Shown one piece after another: positions 51,988-58,978 of a stretch of DNA of 58,978 nucleotides (within the stretch, counting starts at the first letter, position 1; each line of letters opens with the position of its first letter). Below the pieces are notes generated by a model. The model was not told the origin of the DNA. It ran no database searches and was given only the letters and a program-made list of their open reading frames with translations. The stretch is from positions 1 to 58,978 of IMG/VR virus record IMGVR_UViG_3300028588_000028; one strand, given 5' to 3'. The translations under genes and the position numbers were made by a program. The DNA is from a virus (lineage: Duplodnaviria > Caudoviricetes).

Positions 51988-53252
51988 CCGGCCAGGAGAT
52001 CAGCAAGTGGTCGGACGAGTTCATGTTCACCGCTGAGAAGTCCGACGCGTCCAAGGACCCCGAGGCGTTCCTGCTGAACGGCTCGCCGGACCCGCTGGGG
52101 CAGATCGCCGCGGCATGCAAGACGTACCTCGGCGAGTACACCCACGACCTCGCAGACATCACCGACGAGGAGCGCCGCCACTATCTGGAGCAGATCCAGA
52201 AGACGGTGCTGACCATGCCGCTGGAGACCGTGTCGCTGCACTTCTTCATCGAGGGCGTCCACCGCGGGATCACGCACCAGATGGTCCGACAGCGCACCGC
52301 AGCGTTCGCGCAGGAGTCCACGCGCTTCGCCGTCAAGGAAGACCTCGCCACCGCCGTCGCCCTGCCCCCGTCGCTGCGAGACACCGTGTTCTAGGAAGAG
52401 TACATGGACGAACTCGGAGAAAAGCTCGTCAAGCAGGGGCTGGCTCGTGGCAGCTTCACCTACGAGCAGCTCGACGACATGGCGATGGAAGAGGCGCGCC
52501 GGACCAACAAGCCTCAGCTGCACCGCAAGATCTGGGATCAGGCCGTCGAAGCCGTCTCCCTCGCCTACAACGGCCTCGTCAACGACGGCATGCCCGCCGA
52601 AGAGGCTCGCGGTCTCATGCCGACGAACGTCGTCACGCGCCTGAACTACATCACAAACCTCCGCAGCTTCTACGACACCATGTCGAAGCGCGTCGGCGAC
52701 CAGGCGCAGTTCGAGTGGCGGCTCGTGATCGCTGCGATGGTCCGAGCCATGCAGGACTTCGGCTCCAAGTCGACGTACGACGTGTTCGAGAGCGAAGAGC
52801 CGACAGACGGGGAGGCCGATCACTGGTTCAAGATGGGCGACGGTCGCTACAAGGTCACTCGTTCCAGCCGGTGGCAGTACGACGCCCTCGTCGCCGAGAT
52901 CAAGCCCGTCGAGTTCTCGCTCGGGCGTCGTGCCTTCGGAGCGGACTTCGACCGACCCAGCCGCATCGGAGAGCGGGTGGACGCCTTCGCCGCGATGGGT
53001 GTCCCGAGCAGCCGGTGGATCGAGGGAGCGCCGGAGTACAACATCCCCGGCATCAACCCCGCCGAGTGGCTGCTCGACCCGCACTCGGCGCGCCTCTCGT
53101 CGGACATGGAGTTCGATATCTGGGGCAACCGCGTCCCCAAGGGCACCGGCATCCACTGGGTGCGTAGTGCATCCATCCCCAACGGCGGTCTGCGCGACCC
53201 GAACAACAACTACATGGGCTGGGACGGCTCGAAGGTGGTGGAGTTCGAGTGA
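51984..53252 (+). CDS. thyX: ThyX-like flavin-dependent thymidylate synthase, interrupted by an in-frame TAG at 52392-52394
   Basis: THQMVRQR-x7-S (QESTRF) in the 5' part; EEARGLMP, TNLRS and AQFEW in the 3' part; same frame on both sides of the TAG. Confidence 0.8.
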
Positions 53253-53377
53253 GCGAGAAGAAGCACGACAAGTCCGCCACGGTCATCGCCATCGTCATCT
53301 GCGTCGCCGGGCTGGGGCTCATCGCCTATGGGCTCCTGTGGGTGGCTTACCAGATCGGGAAGCTGGTCTGGGGATGA
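53249..53377 (+). CDS. small membrane protein
   Basis: GTGA and ATGA coupling; single TM helix. Confidence 0.6.
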   Translation: MSEKKHDKSATVIAIVICVAGLGLIAYGLLWVAYQIGKLVWG

Positions 53378-53754
53378 AGCTCTCGGAGCTGTTCGACGGC
53401 GCTACGCACATGCTGATGCCCGGAGAGGACTTCGAGGCGAAGGTCGTCCAGGAGATCGGCGAACTGTCGATCGAAGACGAGGACGAAGACCTCGGCCCTC
53501 TGGAGTCGCACACGCTCGTAGCAGAGCTGATCGATCGACGCGGCTCAGGCAAGAACATCACGCTACCGGGCTTCGATGCGCAGCAGGGTTGGGGGTCGCT
53601 GTCCATGGTGGCGACCTCCCTCTGCACCGTCATCGGGGTCGACAAGGAGCAGTACCAGCGCAACATCTACACTCCGGGCGGTCAGCTCGACCACTCGGAA
53701 TACTCGTTTGCAATCAAGGTCACGGAAGATTCGTGGCAAGGAGGAAGACTCTAA
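53374..53754 (+). CDS. hypothetical protein
   Basis: Coupled ORF starting MKLSELFDG. Confidence 0.7.
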   Translation: MKLSELFDGATHMLMPGEDFEAKVVQEIGELSIEDEDEDLGPLESHTLVAELIDRRGSGKNITLPGFDAQQGWGSLSMVATSLCTVIGVDKEQYQRNIYTPGGQLDHSEYSFAIKVTEDSWQGGRL

Positions 53755-54473
53755 TGCTCGTTCTTATCAAAGAAGGCGTCTGGATCGACAGTACCACCGT
53801 CCTCAGCGTCCACCAGCACGAAGGCCACGTTGACATCGCCACCGTCCTGAGTGTCATCAAGATCGACGAGGTCACCGCCGCCGACGTCGCGATGGTCCTG
53901 AACATCTCGTCCTTCGGTCCGCGCGGCGGCGAGGGGCGCGAAGGCACCAGCGAGGTCGACCTCGATCAGGCCGAGCCGGAGGACATGCGTCCGAAGATGT
54001 CCAGCACAGACTACGACCACATGGTCGCCGACCAGCACAAGGACGGCTGGGACGCAGCTCTCGAAGAGATCTACCGCCGCATCGCACCGAGTCGTGCTGG
54101 CACGCAGACGCGAGGTCTGACGTACGACGAGATCATCAAGTTCCTCGAAGAACAGATCCCTGAGAAGGTCGCCGCGATCGACGGCGATTGGGGCGACTCG
54201 AAGGCGTCGGAGAGCAGCGTCCTGCAGGAGGATTCGCGTGGTCTCAAACAGGCGTTGAGCGGTATCGAAGTCCCTGTGCAGAAGGTCGCCGGGCCGACCA
54301 CGCCCCCGGACGCTACCCTGGTTTACGCAGACAACGGTGTCAAGGTCAGTCAGCTGCAGATCGAAAGGCGCGCCCTCGACGCCCTCGTGACGCAGGCGAA
54401 CGACGGAGCCAACATCTCGAACTACGCCATGAGCCGCCGCCTGATGCAGCTCCTCGGCATCGAGGTGCTCTGA
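53754..54473 (+). CDS. hypothetical protein
   Basis: GAGGA RBS, TAATG coupling. Confidence 0.75.
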   Translation: MLVLIKEGVWIDSTTVLSVHQHEGHVDIATVLSVIKIDEVTAADVAMVLNISSFGPRGGEGREGTSEVDLDQAEPEDMRPKMSSTDYDHMVADQHKDGWDAALEEIYRRIAPSRAGTQTRGLTYDEIIKFLEEQIPEKVAAIDGDWGDSKASESSVLQEDSRGLKQALSGIEVPVQKVAGPTTPPDATLVYADNGVKVSQLQIERRALDALVTQANDGANISNYAMSRRLMQLLGIEVL

Positions 54474-54823
54474 TGGCGGCCTCGGTTCCGACCACGGCTG
54501 AGCTGGCGAACCTCCGAGCGGAGTTGGCGCTGGTTCGTAAGCGCGCTGACGCCCTCGACTCCCGCCGCCAGAAGCAGATCGAGAACCAGATCGCTGCGAT
54601 CAATCGGCTCATGGTCGACGGCTCGTACGACCACTCGTGGCAGTGGATGAACGAGAAGCTCGCCAAGGAGCAGGTCGCGCTCGACCACGCCTTGTCCGAG
54701 CTGCGCGGCCTGGCAGACAGCTTGGACGAGAGCGTCATCAAGGACGAGTCCGAGCGACTGGGCGTGTACGACGGCTTCGTCCGTGTCATGCAAGAGATTC
54801 AGGAGCTGAGAGATGCCTCATGA
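54473..54823 (+). CDS. coiled-coil hypothetical protein
   Basis: TGATG coupling. Confidence 0.7.
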   Translation: MAASVPTTAELANLRAELALVRKRADALDSRRQKQIENQIAAINRLMVDGSYDHSWQWMNEKLAKEQVALDHALSELRGLADSLDESVIKDESERLGVYDGFVRVMQEIQELRDAS

Positions 54824-55010
54824 AGCGAACACGTGCAAGAACTGCAAGCGTCCGATCTACCGGGTCGTCATCGAAGAGAACAACGTCGGCACTTTCGCGG
54901 GGCAGTGGCAGCACAAAGGCTCCCGATCCAAGTGGTGCGACGGGGTCGTCCAGTCGATCAAGGACTCCAGCAACGGCATTTCGCCGCGCGCCGCACAGGT
55001 GGAAGGGTAA
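54813..55010 (+). CDS. small CxxC hypothetical protein
   Basis: AGGAG RBS; CKNC...H...C. Confidence 0.65.
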   Translation: MPHEANTCKNCKRPIYRVVIEENNVGTFAGQWQHKGSRSKWCDGVVQSIKDSSNGISPRAAQVEG

Positions 55011-55017
55011 GGAGCCG

Positions 55018-55641
55018 ATGCCGAAGTTTTACAAGAAGGATCCAGAGGGGCGCTGGGACTCGACCAACGCAGACGAGTACCTGTGGTGGCCTCGCATTCT
55101 CTGGATCGACCCCGGTGTTGTGTCCGGCGTCGCGGTGCTGTGGTTCGATCCGAAGGCGTTGTTCGGCGGACAGCCCATCCCGCGGGCCATACTCGGATAC
55201 TCGGAGCTGTTCCTCTATGGGCCGGAGGATGGTCTGAACGGCCAGGTGAACCGCTTCCTGCGGCTGAGGCGTTCTCTCGACCAGGAGCCAGGCCTCCTCA
55301 CGGGCTGTGAGTCATTCGTGATCCGCAAGATGAGCCAGGACGAGGACTTCCTCGCGCCGGTCCGCATCCGCGCGGGGATCCAGAGTCGCATGTCCGTGAT
55401 GAAGCCCCTCGGCGAGGAGACCATCCCCGAAGGCGGCATCCCGCTCTACACGCAGACCCCGTCGGACGCGCTGACGACCTACAAGAACAGCCGCCTCAAG
55501 GATCTCGGCATGTACACGCCGGGGCCGGACCACGTCAACGACGCCAAGCGTCACGCGCTGCTCCGTCTGCGTAAGATCCAGCACGCGGGCGTAGAGAAGT
55601 TCCAAGAGCAGTTCGGACACGAGGACGAGTGGTTCGAGTGA
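55018..55641 (+). CDS. RuvC-like Holliday junction resolvase
   Basis: WIDPG, CESF and DHVNDA acidic catalytic motifs; AAGGAG RBS. Confidence 0.75.
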   Translation: MPKFYKKDPEGRWDSTNADEYLWWPRILWIDPGVVSGVAVLWFDPKALFGGQPIPRAILGYSELFLYGPEDGLNGQVNRFLRLRRSLDQEPGLLTGCESFVIRKMSQDEDFLAPVRIRAGIQSRMSVMKPLGEETIPEGGIPLYTQTPSDALTTYKNSRLKDLGMYTPGPDHVNDAKRHALLRLRKIQHAGVEKFQEQFGHEDEWFE

Positions 55642-55799
55642 AGTGCGCGAGGTGCTTGTGGGCGTACAAGAAGGTTCAGACGGGCGCGCAGTACGCGAGC
55701 AACGCCATCACCGTCTATCACGGCGACGCCTTGTGCGGGATGCACTTGGAGTTCGTCAAGCAACTCAAGCGTGAGGAAGGCAAGGACCCGTGGACGTGA
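55638..55799 (+). CDS. small zinc-finger protein (CxxC...CxxH)
   Basis: GTGA coupling; MKCARC...ALCGMH; below the ORF-track cutoff. Confidence 0.55.
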   Translation: MKCARCLWAYKKVQTGAQYASNAITVYHGDALCGMHLEFVKQLKREEGKDPWT

Positions 55800-56173
55800 C
55801 ACAAGAGCTGATGCCCAAGCTGTTCCACATCCGACGTGGCACTAGTCGCAGAGGGACGCCGGTCTGGCGCGTCACGCTTGACACGCGCGCCGGATGGCCG
55901 TGGCCCAGCGTCAGCGCGTTCTACTCTTGGAACGATGCGATGGAGTACATCGAAGACATGATCGACGAGTACTGCATACCCGAGTTGAAACGAGCGGGGT
56001 ACTCCATCCGGCGCGACTGGGACGAGAAAGCCCTCGGCAACATGGGCGCTCATGTCTACTACGTCTGCCGACACGACGCCCGCGTTCGCAGCAAGGCTCG
56101 GAAGATGGTCAAGGCGCGCGGCGAGCGAGCGGCATGGCGTGCCGCATGGAAGCACTACAAGGGAGAGCTGTAA
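55790..56173 (+). CDS. hypothetical protein
   Basis: ORF coupled to the downstream gene. Confidence 0.65.
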   Translation: MDVTQELMPKLFHIRRGTSRRGTPVWRVTLDTRAGWPWPSVSAFYSWNDAMEYIEDMIDEYCIPELKRAGYSIRRDWDEKALGNMGAHVYYVCRHDARVRSKARKMVKARGERAAWRAAWKHYKGEL

Positions 56174-56397
56174 TGCGGTTCAAGGTCGAGTTCAGACAAG
56201 AGCGCAAGACCGCGCCTCAGCCGGTGATGGTAGGAGAAACCACGGTCGCTCCTGTTGATCCGCCGCGTGTCGTCAACGAGTCTTCAACCTGGTTCGACTA
56301 CTTCCCGGCCACGTCCATCTCAGAGGCTCTGGCGAAGGCCGAGAGCTACAACACCAGCGGGTACGCCCGCGTAATCAGCATCAGGGAGGCACCATGA
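56173..56397 (+). CDS. hypothetical protein
   Basis: TAATG coupling, GGGAG RBS. Confidence 0.6.
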   Translation: MRFKVEFRQERKTAPQPVMVGETTVAPVDPPRVVNESSTWFDYFPATSISEALAKAESYNTSGYARVISIREAP

Positions 56398-56684
56398 CGA
56401 ACTACAGCGACCAGCCCGGCAAGGTCAAGATCGACTTCTACAAGCCGGGCGGCAAGTGGTACATGACCGAGGTCCTCGACATGTCGCAGGTATACCTCGT
56501 TCCGGACATCTTCCAGGCTCTCTCGAATGCGATGGATCAGACCTTCGGACAGCAGCGGGCGGAAGGGCTCAAGAACCAGTTCGTCGTGGTCGTCGACGAG
56601 CCGTACCACAAGAACGCCTACCCGCTCATGCTCCAGCCGGACTGGATGCGCGAGCTGGTCCTGAGCCACGAGAGGGGCTACTGA
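56394..56684 (+). CDS. hypothetical protein
   Basis: GGAGG RBS; IDFYKPGGKWY motif. Confidence 0.75.
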   Translation: MTNYSDQPGKVKIDFYKPGGKWYMTEVLDMSQVYLVPDIFQALSNAMDQTFGQQRAEGLKNQFVVVVDEPYHKNAYPLMLQPDWMRELVLSHERGY

Positions 56685-56947
56685 TGCAGCTCAAAAGGAA
56701 GAAGACGCTCCCTCCGAACTACAGGATCGGCTCGTATTGCTACGATACCGGCACTGGTCACGGCGACGACCGGTACGACTACGGGCTGTTCGTGTACGAG
56801 GAGCGTATGATTCGGCGTCGCAGATGGTTCCGCAAAGCGCTCCTGCAGAAAGTACGCGCATGGTACTTTGTGCAGCACAGCCGCGACAAGCACGAGCTGC
56901 GACAGACCGCCTGGCTCCGGCACAACAGCGAGGTAGCAGATGCCTAA
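56684..56947 (+). CDS. basic hypothetical protein
   Basis: TGATG coupling. Confidence 0.6.
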   Translation: MQLKRKKTLPPNYRIGSYCYDTGTGHGDDRYDYGLFVYEERMIRRRRWFRKALLQKVRAWYFVQHSRDKHELRQTAWLRHNSEVADA

Positions 56948-57485
56948 GAAGGTCGAATGGCCCAAGGTGTGTCAGGGCGACTGCGGTCGGATGCTGCGTC
57001 CGAAGAACACCAACGAGGCTGTCTACCCCAACACCGTCCCGATCAACGCCAAGGACATGTGCAGCCGCTGCTACGCCAACGACTACGCAGCTCGGAAGCG
57101 TCATGGCGGTCCAGTGCGGGAGTATTCGGCTCGTCCAAACCAGAGCGAGTTCCAAAAAGCTCAGCGTTCTGCCGCTGTAAAGCGCGCGTCTGAGGCTTCG
57201 GTGAAGGCTGCAGCGGCCCGTCGAGCTGAGAAAGAGGCCGCGCGGATCGCTGCAGTCGTAGAGAACCGGCCCGTTTCTGCTGTGCATACCGACGGCTGGT
57301 GGCGTCCAGATCTGCGCTCGTCGGAGCTAGATGCCCTCGTAACGGTCCGTTTGCACACCCCTCTCGCAGACACATTGCATATCGCGAACATCCTCGGTCT
57401 GCGTGGTACGCCTCAATCGCCCCTCGCCGCGCGATTGTGGTCCGCCGAGATGGGGTCGGGGGTGAAGCCTTCCGGACCTCAGTAA
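56940..57485 (+). CDS. Cys-motif (zinc-binding) hypothetical protein
   Basis: GAGG RBS; CQGDC...CSRC. Confidence 0.65.
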   Translation: MPKKVEWPKVCQGDCGRMLRPKNTNEAVYPNTVPINAKDMCSRCYANDYAARKRHGGPVREYSARPNQSEFQKAQRSAAVKRASEASVKAAAARRAEKEAARIAAVVENRPVSAVHTDGWWRPDLRSSELDALVTVRLHTPLADTLHIANILGLRGTPQSPLAARLWSAEMGSGVKPSGPQ

Positions 57486-57845
57486 ACTGTGGGTTTTCGG
57501 GAAGAAAACGCCGAGCCGATCCGTCTCAGCAGAGCCCCTCTCTACGGAAACCCTCCCACAGTTCTCAATCGCACACAGTCGCTGCTCGTTCGTCGCTCGA
57601 AACTGTGTGCGATTGTGGCGTGTGGGCGAGGTATTGTGGCACGCCCTCTCGCAGAAGCCATCAACCCCGTGGAGCGATTGTGGGGATTGTGGGGCATGCC
57701 GGAGATTGTCGGCGGAGCCGGGGTGCCTTCGGCTCGGCGTTTTCGGTTGGCGCAGAAAACGCCCTCCTTGAACTACTACTACTAACTACACACACTGAAA
57801 GAGATCTCTCTCCCTCTCTCCCTATAGGTGCTTCTGTACGGAATG
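57400..57845. other. iteron-rich non-coding element, copy B (origin-like)
   Basis: ATTGTGG and CCACA arrays plus blocks collinear with 35985-36275. Confidence 0.65.
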
Positions 57846-57930
57846 GGGTCTCAAATGCGGATTAGCGTGGCCTCAGGTAAACTTCATTCAGGCTTCAACA
57901 AGGGAGTCTTCAAGCGTGAGGAACAAGAAG

Positions 57931-58227
57931 ATGGCTGCTTTACAGCTCAGCAAGGTCAGCAAGTACGAGCAGACGTTCAAGACGCGGCACCGGCCTTCCG
58001 GGCGTCCGACGGACATCGAGGACGTCGCTCCGCTGTTCCCGGCTGCAAACGTGCACCCGGTCTTGGCGGACGTGGCTCGTCGTCGGGCCTACGCGCTCGT
58101 GCACCACGAGAACCGGGACGCACTGCGCCGGTACTACCAGGACGAGCTGAAGGTGCTCGAACGGCGCGGCGTGGCTCAGGTGGCGGCGGACTCGGGCAAG
58201 ACCCTCACGACTGCGGACGTGGCCTGA
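57931..58227 (+). CDS. hypothetical protein, probably first gene of the late operon
   Basis: GAGGA RBS; preceded by GGTAAACT; TTA at codon 4 (57940); alternative GTG start at 57916. Confidence 0.7.
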   Translation: MAALQLSKVSKYEQTFKTRHRPSGRPTDIEDVAPLFPAANVHPVLADVARRRAYALVHHENRDALRRYYQDELKVLERRGVAQVAADSGKTLTTADVA

Positions 58228-58517
58228 TGGCTCGGCTGGAGGGTACGCCGGACCCGGACAACACGCACACCGAGTACGGCGGCGGAGAAGGGTCCATCGG
58301 GCGCTTCGAGGGCGAAGGGTCGCGCGAGCTGACGACCAGCGAACGCGCTCGTGTGATGCGCCAACGCATGGCCAGGCCACTCGTGAACAACGATCCGGTC
58401 GCTGCACTGCCGGTGTACGCCGGGGACGAGCCGGAACACGAAGACATCGCCCGTCAGCGCGCGGACTTGGAAGCGCGCACCAATAGGTACAACAGAGAGG
58501 TGGAGTTCGATGACTGA
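58227..58517 (+). CDS. hypothetical protein
   Basis: TGATG coupling. Confidence 0.7.
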   Translation: MARLEGTPDPDNTHTEYGGGEGSIGRFEGEGSRELTTSERARVMRQRMARPLVNNDPVAALPVYAGDEPEHEDIARQRADLEARTNRYNREVEFDD

Positions 58518-58978
58518 CACGGGATACATGCCGATCGGCGGACTGTTCGGGAGGCCGCTAGCCGATTCGGTGCTGGATCGGGGGCTGGTGGCTCTGGAGG
58601 AGCACGCTCAGTTGCAGTTCGACCTCGGAAGGAACCTGCGGAAGGAGGTCGTGGGGCTGGGCTTCCGTGTACAACGGGAGTACGAGCTGAAGTCGGACGC
58701 ACCGATGTCAGCTGTCGAGCAAGGTCTGCTCCTGGAAGAGTTCTCGTGGGTGCAGTTGACGAACACGCTGAACGTGGCGTCGGCGGGAGGCAACGCGGGG
58801 AACGAGTTCATGGTGTCCGGGGACGAGATCCGGTTCGTTCTACGGCGTGTGGAGGAGTACCTGTTGCGCCGAGGCGGAATGTCGGCTGTAAAGGCGGCGG
58901 ATATGGCCCGTAAAGCGGCTGTAACGCCCCGCGTCGAGTTCGTGCTGTGGCACTCGCACTACAACCATGTGGAACCCT
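58510..58978 (+). CDS. 5' part of the end-spanning hypothetical protein (continues to 295)
   Basis: GGAG RBS; frame open to the end of the window. Confidence 0.7.
   Translation, partial: MTDTGYMPIGGLFGRPLADSVLDRGLVALEEHAQLQFDLGRNLRKEVVGLGFRVQREYELKSDAPMSAVEQGLLLEEFSWVQLTNTLNVASAGGNAGNEFMVSGDEIRFVLRRVEEYLLRRGGMSAVKAADMARKAAVTPRVEFVLWHSHYNHVEP
58842..58978. repeat. Terminal overlap with 1-137
   Basis: 136 of 137 bases identical. Confidence 0.95.

Noticed and set aside
51984-53252. Genome-wide amber stop reassignment
   Set aside because: Many clear genes end in TAG followed by a new gene or terminator (terL, 8802, 16467, 18578, 29237, 39180), and no CUA-anticodon tRNA was seen.

Overview
The window is an apparently complete, circularly permuted genome of a lytic, GC-rich siphovirus. 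Bases 1-137 repeat at 58842-58978 with one mismatch, giving a unit length of about 58,841 bp. An actinobacterial host, possibly Microbacteriaceae, is inferred from composition, gene content and an LAxTG-type sortase substrate. All credible genes are on the + strand and no integrase or repressor was recognised. The left arm carries packaging, head, tail and lysis genes, including a MuF-like head protein fused to a VIP2-type ADP-ribosyltransferase and a +1 frameshifted tail chaperone. The right arm carries an SNF2 helicase, a Cas4-like exonuclease, a Sak4-like ATPase, an SSB-like protein, a primase-MCM helicase, a candidate nucleotide-modification operon, a split DnaE, an amber-interrupted ThyX and a RuvC-like resolvase. 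The most notable non-obvious signals are: (1) a phage tRNA-Leu(UAA) together with rare TTA codons found almost only near the 5' ends of late genes, suggesting a bldA-like translational gate; (2) a covarying AAGGA-loop hairpin at the 5' end of most early transcripts; (3) a ~200 nt structured RNA fused to a tRNA-like element without a normal anticodon arm; (4) two diverged copies of an iteron-rich, origin-like non-coding element about 21.5 kb apart. All calls come from manual motif recognition; no searches were run.
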